Positions 1-7,789 of a stretch of 20,000 bases of DNA are shown in pieces. Each line of letters opens with the position of its first letter. The stretch's first letter is position 1. This stretch comes from an uncultured virus (IMG/VR IMGVR_UViG_3300001765_000054) (taxonomy: Duplodnaviria; Heunggongvirae; Uroviricota; Caudoviricetes): the IMG/VR virus record IMGVR_UViG_3300001765_000054, positions 45,902 through 65,901 of that record; one strand, 5' to 3'. The position numbers and the translations under genes are program-made. Below the pieces are notes generated by a model that ran no database searches, had not been told where the DNA came from, and saw only the letters and a list, made by a program, of their open reading frames with translations.

Positions 1-126
1 GGCAGTTGGGATAGTTTCGTCTTCGACGATCTTCAAGCGAAGTGCGAGCACTCCGATAAAGGGCTGGTCCAGTACGAGAGCGGTACGTGCTCGTGTGATC
101 TGGTCAGCTACGGTTTGGTTTTTCAT
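1..126 (-). CDS. 5' part of a DUF2201-type putative metallopeptidase/VWA protein (truncated by window edge)
   Basis: Not in the ORF track. Hand translation from ATG at 126 gives MKNQTVADQITRARTALVLDQPFIGVLALRLKIVEDETIPTA, resembling the 'AR..L....PF.G.L.L.L.......TA' N-terminus of DUF2201/VWA proteins. ATGA overlap with the stop of 123..869; a MoxR ATPase lies upstream in the same operon. Confidence 0.7.
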   Translation of the reverse strand, partial: MKNQTVADQITRARTALVLDQPFIGVLALRLKIVEDETIPTA

Positions 127-869
127 CTTGTTACCCTCGGTAGGCAGGTTATGGGGATAGGTCTGTGCTTATATGCACCGCAAATGTCATACGCTACAGA
201 CAACAATCTCTTATCCACAGGCCCAAGGTCTTGGATAAACGCTGCATGGAATAGCTCAGTGTTTTCTGGGCTTATGATCAACTCAGTGATCAACTGTTTG
301 GACGGATATGGGTAGGGATATCGCTTAGCGCCTATCAGCTTCGTCGTTATCTCATACCAGCGCTTGTAATGGCTCAGTTTTTTACGCACCGCTGCAGCTT
401 CCTTCAGATCTAAAACAAACTCGAAGTCCTGGGCGGGTTCATTGAGTAGGGCGAATATGCCCTGCTTGATCGGGCTGATCCGAAGAGGTTCGTGCGCATC
501 ACGCACAAAAAGCTCCTCTTTTTCGCCCCCAGTGAATTGCCAGTACATTCTGCCGTTTCGGCTAACAATATTTGTCCCGGTAGGGCGCACCTTCCATGCG
601 AACTGGTGACTCATATTGCTGTTGTGGGTGCTTAGCTCGATCTGCCCATCTCGATGGTATTTAACAAGAGGCGTGCTGTATAACACACACATGTATCCAT
701 CACCATCATTAATACGAACGATGCGCTTGTTCTTATCACGCCTGGCGGCGAGTGGGCGCCAAGTAGTGAGTTCGTCTTTCCACGGTTTTGCATCATTCCA
801 GACACGTTCTGCTTCATCGAAGCAGCTAATACGTGCTACCTCGTTACAGTTCCCACTATGCCATCCCAT
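123..869 (-). CDS. hypothetical phage protein (248 aa)
   Basis: Long ORF tightly coupled to both neighbours; AGGAA SD-like sequence upstream; no recognised motif. Confidence 0.8.
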   Translation of the reverse strand: MGWHSGNCNEVARISCFDEAERVWNDAKPWKDELTTWRPLAARRDKNKRIVRINDGDGYMCVLYSTPLVKYHRDGQIELSTHNSNMSHQFAWKVRPTGTNIVSRNGRMYWQFTGGEKEELFVRDAHEPLRISPIKQGIFALLNEPAQDFEFVLDLKEAAAVRKKLSHYKRWYEITTKLIGAKRYPYPYPSKQLITELIISPENTELFHAAFIQDLGPVDKRLLSVAYDICGAYKHRPIPITCLPRVTR

Positions 870-1701
870 TTGGTATTCCTTTCAAAATATCCCTCGCTGC
901 TTGGGCAGTGAGGGCGCGGATGTCGAGACGAGTGCGTAGGACGCTCGGGGGCATCAGCAGCTTGCCGCGCATTTCGCGAATGATGTGCCAGATGCCGATG
1001 TCATCTGTTAGGTTGAGCGCGTCGAGGATTCGACAGAGCTCGACAGCGTTCGTGATCAGGCTGTCCTTGAAGATCGCATCAGGGTCGCTTAGTCTTTCTT
1101 CGATCTTCGATACAACGTCAAAGATGCGCGAGTAACACGCTTTGACTGCGTCCGCCTGGCGGTCAGCTACGGCCTGGGTGACTGACGCCCGGAGCTCGTC
1201 CTGAGCTTCAGCGGGTAGGTCTACCCGGAAGTCTTCGGCTGCGGGTATTGGCGTGAACTCGAGCTTGATAGCGAAACGCTTGGCCAGATCATCAGGGTCA
1301 GGATAATCACCTGGATCGTACATCGTGCCCAGCCGGTTTCGAGCCGCTTGAACTTCGGTTGGATAGGACGCCAGCATGTCTGTCACCAGCATTGAAAATT
1401 GAGTTTTGTACTGGCGCATCATCGCGCTGTAGTCCATAAACAGAGCGTTCGGCAGTAGGCGTGCTCCGCTATCTGCCCAGGAATACGTGTTGAAGTAGTG
1501 GCTCTCACGGATGCGTGCTACCAGCTTGTTGATAGGCTCAAGCAAGCTCTTGGCGACGAGTGCTTTGTTGAACTTGCCAGAGTCATGTGCGTTGTGGGTG
1601 GATTCCACTTCGCGTGTGACCTTAGCGTCTTGCTTGCGTGCTGTCCATTGGGAAATAGATAGGGTGGCGAGCATAGCTTTCTCTTGAAGTATGTAGCTCA
1701 T
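856..1701 (-). CDS. DUF3150-like protein (281 aa)
   Basis: Pattern 'L.ISQWTARK.D...K.L...W.D.G.RLLP...F...YP...L..RF' resembles proteins that accompany AAA/VWA pairs in phages and ICEs; AAGGA SD upstream. Confidence 0.6.
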   Translation of the reverse strand: MSYILQEKAMLATLSISQWTARKQDAKVTREVESTHNAHDSGKFNKALVAKSLLEPINKLVARIRESHYFNTYSWADSGARLLPNALFMDYSAMMRQYKTQFSMLVTDMLASYPTEVQAARNRLGTMYDPGDYPDPDDLAKRFAIKLEFTPIPAAEDFRVDLPAEAQDELRASVTQAVADRQADAVKACYSRIFDVVSKIEERLSDPDAIFKDSLITNAVELCRILDALNLTDDIGIWHIIREMRGKLLMPPSVLRTRLDIRALTAQAARDILKGIPNGMA

Positions 1702-1879
1702 GGTTTTCCTTTATGTGTTTCATAAGTTCGGCCACGCTCTCAGCACGAAGCTCAAGGGTGCAGACGGCGTGGTACTGGAACGTGGCGATATAGTCTTCAG
1801 GCTTACCACCGAACTTCCGCACTCGCTCGGCGACGGAAGGTATGAGGACTATGGGTTTATGACAGTGAAGGCAGTTCAT
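1622..1879 (-). CDS. small hypothetical protein, possible Zn-binding (CxxC...HxxC)
   Basis: MNCLHC...YHAVC; GAGGA SD; ATGA coupling with the upstream ORF. Confidence 0.65.
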   Translation of the reverse strand: MNCLHCHKPIVLIPSVAERVRKFGGKPEDYIATFQYHAVCTLELRAESVAELMKHIKENHELHTSRESYARHPIYFPMDSTQARR

Positions 1880-2040
1880 AATCCTCTTCTTTTTCTGGAT
1901 ATGAGCGTTTCAAGGTGATGCACAGTTCGCCTCGTTACTTCGCGTAGTAACGAAACGTTAATGCCCAACAAACGGGCTTCGATTATCCTGGCAGTGTGAA
2001 GCTCGATGAGCTCAGCGTGCTTCTGGGTCTTGGATTTCAT
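1876..2040 (-). CDS. small basic protein (54 aa), paralog of 2012..2212
   Basis: Not in the ORF track. Hand translation MKSKTQKHAELIELHTARIIEARLLGINVSLLREVTRRTVHHLETLISRKRRGL*; its stop overlaps the next ATG (ATGA). Confidence 0.7.
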   Translation of the reverse strand: MKSKTQKHAELIELHTARIIEARLLGINVSLLREVTRRTVHHLETLISRKRRGL

Positions 2041-2212
2041 AATCGCCCCGCCTTTTAAACTCTATGAACCGTCTGAGGTTTTCGAGGTTCTTTTTAGTCG
2101 GCTTGCTCATGGAGATCATCCATTGAGGGTGAGCTCCTAGCATGCGCGCTTCGATCAGTTTGCTCGCGTATAGCTCGAGGAACTGTTTGCGTTTCCAGAG
2201 AGCGCTTTTCAT
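2012..2212 (-). CDS. small basic protein (66 aa)
   Basis: Start placed at ATG 2212 (ATGA overlap with the HNH stop): MKSALWKRKQFLELYASKLIEARMLG...; similar to 1876..2040. Confidence 0.7.
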   Translation of the reverse strand: MKSALWKRKQFLELYASKLIEARMLGAHPQWMISMSKPTKKNLENLRRFIEFKRRGDYEIQDPEAR

Positions 2213-2817
2213 TTGTGATAGCATTTTCTTTTCTGCCCTTTGGGGATGAGACAAGCTTCTTCCTCAGTCCAACCGTATTTCAGTCGGTTTAGGATGAGCG
2301 TACTTTCTCCTCCAAGTTCTCTGACCCATGCACTTATGCACATCGTTCTACCTCCTGCAGTTAAAAGCCGTGTTCGAGTTGTGTTTTGAGCCTGCTGGAG
2401 GTCAGTAGCCCAGTAGCAGTTGCTCGGTTCGTAGTTACCATTGTTGTTGCGTCGCTCGATACTGCATCCCTCCGGGCGAGCTCCCATATCTTTTAGGAAT
2501 GATTCGAAGTTGTTCCACCTTTCACATACCCTAATTCCGCGAGCGCCGTAGTGCATGTACGATTTAGCTTTTGGGTTGCTACATCGTTCACGCATCGAGG
2601 TCCACACTTTATGTAGCGGGGTGCCAGACAAACCATGAATGGTTCGAACACACCCGCATGACGATGTGTTTCCTTCTTGCAGTGCTTTGTTGTTGGTGAT
2701 CTTGAAACCACCACAGCTACATGCGCAATACCAAGAAGAGCGACTTTTTTCGTTGGGCAGCCTGGTAAGGACGGTAAGCTGGCCAAATGTTTTACCTGTA
2801 ATGTCTGGAGTCTTCAT
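2209..2817 (-). CDS. free-standing HNH-type homing endonuclease
   Basis: Typical phage HNH motifs: 'DITGKTFGQLTV', 'WYCACSCG', 'SSCGC', 'W.SMRERC.NP...Y..YGARGIRVCERW..FE.FL.DMG.RP', 'SIERRNNNGNYEPSNC.WAT'. Confidence 0.88.
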   Translation of the reverse strand: MKTPDITGKTFGQLTVLTRLPNEKSRSSWYCACSCGGFKITNNKALQEGNTSSCGCVRTIHGLSGTPLHKVWTSMRERCSNPKAKSYMHYGARGIRVCERWNNFESFLKDMGARPEGCSIERRNNNGNYEPSNCYWATDLQQAQNTTRTRLLTAGGRTMCISAWVRELGGESTLILNRLKYGWTEEEACLIPKGQKRKCYHK

Positions 2818-2827
2818 AAAATGCCTT

Positions 2828-2846
2828 TAATCTAAGTTAGATTATA
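2828..2846 (-). promoter_or_regulatory. TATAAT -10-like box overlapping a TCTAA-N-TTAGA palindrome upstream of the HNH gene
   Basis: - strand CTATAATCTAACTTAGATTA. Inverted repeat TAATCTA/TAGATTA at 2828-2844; only a weak -35 candidate. Confidence 0.45.
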
Positions 2847-2874
2847 GTAGTTTAGGAAGATCAACAAAAGGACA

Positions 2875-3861
2875 TCACAATAAAATTGACTGGTTCTTCA
2901 CGCACCAATCCCGATACGATTTCGTACCCGTCAGCTTCCCGTCCCGGCGGATCGCGCTGCGCACGAACACGGCCTGGAACTCGACAGGCAGTCGAGCGGT
3001 GTACTTCATGATCCGCTCCAGGTTCCCGGTGGTGGCCTTCGCGTCAAGGGCTGTGACCATGGCGTACATCGAGGCTGGATTGGCCGGCACTTTGACACTA
3101 TCAGGGTCAATCAGCACCTGGTTGATGTCTGGTAAGTCCTTGATAAGGTTCACGAAGCTCGTAAACTCGGCTGTGGTGCCCTCACCGACAGCACCTTTGA
3201 TGAGTTCGAACTCGATGTCTCGGGGCAGGTTCTTTTTGTACTGTTTGTTGACGAAGCTCCAGGAACGTGGGCTGGGGAAGGCACGCGGGTTGTTGGCCAC
3301 GTCGAAGTTAAACAGCAGGTTCGGACGGAACTGGATGAAGGCACGGAGATCATCGTGCATCTCGTTCTCCATCGCCCAGAAGTTCCAGTCGTCGACGCTG
3401 ACCTCGAAGTCCAGGTGTACAAACCGGTTGGCCAGTGCTGCGGGCATGGCGTGAACAACTGAGCGGTCAGAGGCACGATTACCAGCGGCGATGACGCTCC
3501 AACCATCAGGCAGGTGGTACTCACCGATACGGCGGTTGAGGATGAGCTGGTACGCAGCGGCCTGCACGGACTGAGGGGCAGCGTTGAGCTCGTCGAGGAA
3601 CAGGATGCCCTTGCCCTTCTTGGGCAGGAAGTCAGCGGGCAGCCATTCCATCTGCTTCTTGACTGTGTTGATCGTAGGAAACCCACGAAGATCGATCGGG
3701 TCCATGAGGGACAGCCGCACGTCGCGCAGCTCGAGCTTCATCGACTCAGCAACTTGTGCGATCACGTCGGATTTACCGACTCCAGGTGCGCCCCAGATAA
3801 AGACCGGAGACTGCTCGTGGATCATATGAGGAAGGGCAACTTTGAGGGCGGAAGGTTTCAT
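2875..3861 (-). CDS. MoxR-like AAA+ ATPase (328 aa)
   Basis: Walker A GAPGVGKS, Walker B ILFLDE, 'DLRGFP', sensor 'AAGNR', arginine finger 'ALANRF', 'SPRSW'; AGGAG SD. Confidence 0.92.
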   Translation of the reverse strand: MKPSALKVALPHMIHEQSPVFIWGAPGVGKSDVIAQVAESMKLELRDVRLSLMDPIDLRGFPTINTVKKQMEWLPADFLPKKGKGILFLDELNAAPQSVQAAAYQLILNRRIGEYHLPDGWSVIAAGNRASDRSVVHAMPAALANRFVHLDFEVSVDDWNFWAMENEMHDDLRAFIQFRPNLLFNFDVANNPRAFPSPRSWSFVNKQYKKNLPRDIEFELIKGAVGEGTTAEFTSFVNLIKDLPDINQVLIDPDSVKVPANPASMYAMVTALDAKATTGNLERIMKYTARLPVEFQAVFVRSAIRRDGKLTGTKSYRDWCVKNQSILL

Positions 3862-3909
3862 TTTGGATACTCCTGGTTTGAATGTAGAACTTAGAACTTA
3901 GAAGTTTGG

Positions 3910-4161
3910 TCAGACTGTTTCGGCCTCTCCGGTCAGTCTGTAGGTGATAGCGTTTTGTGGTGTCATCCAGATGATGCTGTGGTTAATGCAGCGGACATCT
4001 CCTGGGAAAGTGCAACGGTGGCGATCTATGCGTTTTTCAGCAAATTCGCATCCTGTGCAAAAGACCCCATCTGTTTTTACTGCGAACAACGTCCTGAACT
4101 GGTGGACCATCGTTTCACCTGGTCGTGCTTGTTTCATATCGATACGATCGTTAGTAGACAT
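3910..4161 (-). CDS. small Cys-containing hypothetical protein (83 aa)
   Basis: CTGC...C...C pattern; fits the packed - strand operon. Confidence 0.6.
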   Translation of the reverse strand: MSTNDRIDMKQARPGETMVHQFRTLFAVKTDGVFCTGCEFAEKRIDRHRCTFPGDVRCINHSIIWMTPQNAITYRLTGEAETV

Positions 4162-4406
4162 ACAACAACTACAAGGAACACGAACACATCATTCAGGATG
4201 CAGGATATGAGCAAATCGAAGTGCAAGTCGTCTTCGATTCTGTCCAGGTGGCTGAATGGATTGATCATCATGTCGGGGGTAGGTCGATGGCGGCGGTCTG
4301 CCAGCTTCCACTTATCACCAAGGAACTCGACACTGCGCAGCCAGGCTTGCTGGTTGTGCTCGCTGTTCGGGTAGTGGTGTTGGGCACGCTCTTCGAGGGT
4401 TAACAT
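4134..4406 (-). CDS. hypothetical protein (90 aa)
   Basis: Overlaps neighbours in the operon; hydrophobic C-terminus. Confidence 0.55.
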   Translation of the reverse strand: MLTLEERAQHHYPNSEHNQQAWLRSVEFLGDKWKLADRRHRPTPDMMINPFSHLDRIEDDLHFDLLISCILNDVFVFLVVVVCLLTIVSI

Positions 4407-4573
4407 GGTCGGCGTCCGTGATGAGGTTCGAGAGCATCCGGGTGGAATGCTTTGGGGTTTTCGTTTTTGAGCCGATCGACCATGTCGTCGATGGCATCAA
4501 TCTTGTCTTTGGCCGTTATGTATTTCATTTTGGCTACAGCACGGAGCCGTTCACGTTGTTGGTCGGTCAGCAT
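4400..4573 (-). CDS. small hypothetical protein (57 aa)
   Basis: Not in the ORF track. Hand translation MLTDQQRERLRAVAKMKYITAKDKIDAIDDMVDRLKNENPKAFHPDALEPHHGRRPC*; exactly fills the gap with 7-nt overlaps at both ends. Confidence 0.65.
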   Translation of the reverse strand: MLTDQQRERLRAVAKMKYITAKDKIDAIDDMVDRLKNENPKAFHPDALEPHHGRRPC

Positions 4574-4875
4574 AGGGTTCCCGCAGATTTAAGGTGCGAA
4601 TGATCAGAGCCTGGGCGGCGGATACTTAAGGTGTCACCGTCGCCCGTAGCGTATGGTCGGAGGTGGTAAGTGACATAGTCGCGAGAGTTGGCCTCATCGG
4701 GTTTAGGGGTACGTGCTTCCCAAGGAGCACCGTTTAGGCCATTCGCGTACTTAGGCTTGCCCGCTTGAGAAGGACGGACTCGTACTTGTTTGCGCGCCTC
4801 GATATGTCTGGGTGGGACGACTGTTGACTGATAGTCGTTGGACTTTTGACTGAGGTTGAAGAGTTGGTTTGCCAT
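4567..4875 (-). CDS. hypothetical protein (102 aa)
   Basis: ORF in the operon; C-terminal 'RPGSDHSHLKSAG' resembles small phage proteins. Confidence 0.65.
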   Translation of the reverse strand: MANQLFNLSQKSNDYQSTVVPPRHIEARKQVRVRPSQAGKPKYANGLNGAPWEARTPKPDEANSRDYVTYHLRPYATGDGDTLSIRRPGSDHSHLKSAGTLC

Positions 4876-4930
4876 GATCTGTGTTCGATCTTAGATGGTT
4901 AGATGAGGCGTTTCATTTGATTTCTCCTAT

Positions 4931-7369
4931 TTAGACTGATGTACTGATAGTCGTTTTGATGTCTGTGAAGTATGTCTTCAGCAGGTCGGGGAATGTTTCT
5001 GGGCGCTGCCAGGTCACTGTCAGCCCCTTCTGGGTCTTGCCGTCGATGAACACCGGCTTTATGGCGAGCTGGCGGTGGCCAAGGAAACGCGTGAAGCTGG
5101 CAGGGCTTGGGTTCATCTTGCCGACGGTGTAGTCGAACAGCACAAACAGCTCATCACGATGCACGTGGCACCACCCTGCAGCACGAGTGCGTGCAATGAT
5201 ATCTGCGAGCGTCCTGCGGTAGTTGCTGACTGAGGTGAGCTTTTCGAGATCGAGCTTGTAGCGGTCATCTGTCGGGAGCTGGTCGATGAAGAAGTCGATG
5301 TTGCCTTCAGTAATGGCTGAAGCGGTTGATTCAGCAGTGGTTTGGGACAACTCAATCAGATGATCACGTGCTTTGGACTTCAGTGGTGTGCTTGCGATCT
5401 GAGTGTCCACAGCGTAGCTCAACAGGTAATGGTAGAACGCTTGAAGGTCGCCTTCGATGGCATCGACTTCGGCATCGGTTGGGCGGGGATATTCAGCACC
5501 TTGGTAAAAGCCAATGTTGAACCGTCGATCATTTTTGTCAACGGTGACAGGGTCAGGTTTGTTGCTTGCAAAAATCCAGTTGGTGAAATTGGCTACAGCG
5601 TAGCTGTTCTTGTTCATGATTCGAATCATCGCAGTTGGTTCTGTGATCAGGTTTTTCATGTTGGCAATAACCCCTGCTTCATCTTTGAGAGCAGAAGTTT
5701 GGATTTCGTCGATAAACACAATGAGTTTGCCTTCCACGAAGTCCGTCCACTTTTCAGTCAGCTCCCCAGCGCGTTTGATAACGGCTTGGTTCACACCGAA
5801 TAGGGGCTGCAGAATCTTGTTGAACAGCAGGCCCTTCCCTGTACCAGGTACGCCTTGAAATACCCAGGCTGTACGGGTACGGTCAAGGTTCTGGGCGATA
5901 CATGCGAGCCAGTTCATGAAATGCTCGATGCTGTCGAAGTCATCGGCTAAGATATGGCTGATGATGCGTAGTATCCGAGGAGGAATCTTTGTAACTCGTT
6001 TGGCTTCCGCCTTCATGTACTTGGTACGCTCGAATGTGTTGATGCTTCGATTGTCAAAGTCCACACGAACGCCATCCATTGGGTTGAAGGTCATATCCCA
6101 TTCAGGAATGTTTTCACCAAGACGTAATCCATTAGCTGATGCAAATTGACGCACCATCGATTCGTTCTTGGCTTGGAACAATTCAAGTTTGTCTTCTGAC
6201 TGGTTATACGTGCCACGGTAATAGGTGGACGTGCTTCGCTCTAAAAAGGCTAGGTAGGTCAAGCCTGTTGAGCTAACACGATAGGCTTGGTGGGAGAGGG
6301 TCTCCCAATACGCTGGTAAGAGTTCTTTGGTGAGGTAGACAGGTTCACCCTTAAAGTTGAAGATGTAATCGGGGTTGTTTTCAGGATGAAAGTAGGCCCA
6401 GGAATCTCCACCATTAAGGTTGAAGTAGACAAACCCCCGATCAGTCTTAATTTCTGTGGCGATGCACTCGCCTGGTTTCACGAGAATCTCGTGACCACCC
6501 ACAAACTTGTAGGCAAGCTTGCGCTTGGGCAGTCCAGCGACATCACGTAATTCGAGAACACGTGTATCGGTAAGAGCACGGTTTTGGTCGGTTGAATTGA
6601 TGCGTTCATTGAGATCGAAGGTTGCTTCTGACTTAGATATTATAGATATTCGCGGGGTTCTCCCGAGCGGATTCTTGATCCCTTTTAGGGTAGGAGGCGC
6701 GATGTAGATGAGCTTGTCTGATTGGCATGCTGTGATGTCCAAGCCCCATAATAATGAGTTGCCTGTTTTCGTCAGTTGCTGATGAGCTCTGAGCACAGAT
6801 ACTTCATGGTTCTTTTGGATTAACCACTGTTTGATGAGCGGGGCAGACACAGGTTTGGTGAGCATCACGAAGATGTGGCAGCGCAACGAATTGTTGCTGA
6901 TCCCCATAGAGCCTGACCATTGCACTATATAAGATGTGTTCTTAATACCGAGAGCGTCGAGTACAGCATTTGGGGTGATAGCGAGAGTCGTTTTCACTTG
7001 AGTAATTACTTCTTCCAATAGCCCCGTGCTCAAGTTAGTTTGTTTAGTTGTGACTGATGAAGTTGTATCGAATGTTGGGGGGATACCGTCGATGTCGAGG
7101 CACAACCAGTCGGTGGGCGCGTTGCGGTCAGTCGAATCTTTTCGTGACTCCTTTGTTAACGGCTTTAACACATTGCCTTTCAGCAGACAATTTCCAAGGG
7201 CTGCATGTTTAACGATTGCGGATTCAAACGATTTCAAATCGTTCACATCCTCAGTTATCGAGCTGACTTTCCACACGTTGGGGTAGCTGGACTTCTCAAT
7301 TGATCCGTCTGGGAGTTTGGTGTACGACTTGGTCAGGGGCACTGACGAATTCAAAAAGGTTAGTTTCAT
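4931..7369 (-). CDS. primase-helicase (N-terminal AEP/prim-pol-like domain, C-terminal SF3-like/DUF5906 NTPase)
   Basis: N-term 'LCLDIDG' (DxD), 'QWSGS...RCHIF', 'KLIYIAPP'. C-term Walker A 'QGVPGTGKG', Walker B 'IVFIDE', 'NLITE', 'IFASN', 'DRRF'. ATG at 7369 (MKLTFL) preferred over the 7408 start. Confidence 0.85.
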   Translation of the reverse strand: MKLTFLNSSVPLTKSYTKLPDGSIEKSSYPNVWKVSSITEDVNDLKSFESAIVKHAALGNCLLKGNVLKPLTKESRKDSTDRNAPTDWLCLDIDGIPPTFDTTSSVTTKQTNLSTGLLEEVITQVKTTLAITPNAVLDALGIKNTSYIVQWSGSMGISNNSLRCHIFVMLTKPVSAPLIKQWLIQKNHEVSVLRAHQQLTKTGNSLLWGLDITACQSDKLIYIAPPTLKGIKNPLGRTPRISIISKSEATFDLNERINSTDQNRALTDTRVLELRDVAGLPKRKLAYKFVGGHEILVKPGECIATEIKTDRGFVYFNLNGGDSWAYFHPENNPDYIFNFKGEPVYLTKELLPAYWETLSHQAYRVSSTGLTYLAFLERSTSTYYRGTYNQSEDKLELFQAKNESMVRQFASANGLRLGENIPEWDMTFNPMDGVRVDFDNRSINTFERTKYMKAEAKRVTKIPPRILRIISHILADDFDSIEHFMNWLACIAQNLDRTRTAWVFQGVPGTGKGLLFNKILQPLFGVNQAVIKRAGELTEKWTDFVEGKLIVFIDEIQTSALKDEAGVIANMKNLITEPTAMIRIMNKNSYAVANFTNWIFASNKPDPVTVDKNDRRFNIGFYQGAEYPRPTDAEVDAIEGDLQAFYHYLLSYAVDTQIASTPLKSKARDHLIELSQTTAESTASAITEGNIDFFIDQLPTDDRYKLDLEKLTSVSNYRRTLADIIARTRAAGWCHVHRDELFVLFDYTVGKMNPSPASFTRFLGHRQLAIKPVFIDGKTQKGLTVTWQRPETFPDLLKTYFTDIKTTISTSV

Positions 7370-7489
7370 GGCGGTTTTAGAGGTTGATGGGAGGGTGATT
7401 CTAAGCACGAATTTAGATCAAAACCACTGTTCATTTGTACAGTTGTTTCGTGTTTTCGCGTCTTCTTAGTGATTTTTCCAACTTTTCGA

Positions 7490-7680
7490 CAAAGCACCAT
7501 TTTGGTGCATTTTTCAGTGTAATAGCGTAATGAAAAAGTCCCTCTATAACCCCTCTATCCCTCTTTCTTACTCTTCTTCTATATTACTCTACTCTAAATT
7601 AAAGTTAGAAAAGAGAAGTAGTAGTATAGGTAGGGTATATATGATTCCTATATAGGGTTTCAGGCTCTGGTGTAACGGCA
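7490..7680. other. candidate replication origin region
   Basis: Non-coding and AT-rich. A C/T tract (~7539-7595) faces an A/G tract (~7601-7636); small inverted repeat GCACCA-TTT-TGGTGC at 7494-7508; directly upstream of the primase-helicase. Confidence 0.45.
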
Positions 7681-7744
7681 TTTGCTAGTCCGTCTCACTT
7701 GGGGCAGGAGAAAACAGTGGTGCTCACACTTGAGTGCAGACGCA

Positions 7745-7777
7745 TAAAAATAAAACGAAACCCTTGCGGGTCTCGTT
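7745..7777 (-). terminator. intrinsic terminator of the early leftward operon
   Basis: - strand AACGAGACCC-GCAA-GGGTTTCGTT (10 bp with one G.U, GNRA loop) followed by TTATTTTTA, 12 nt after the stop at 7790. Confidence 0.85.
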
Positions 7778-7789
7778 GAGCTCTAATCT

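Noticed and set aside
1932..1953. 8-bp inverted repeat TCGTTACT/AGTAACGA
   Set aside because: Single copy inside a coding region with no U-tract; could be chance.
2209..2817. Group I intron housing the HNH gene
   Set aside because: Flanking genes are complete and closely abut the HNH ORF; there is no room for intron core structure.
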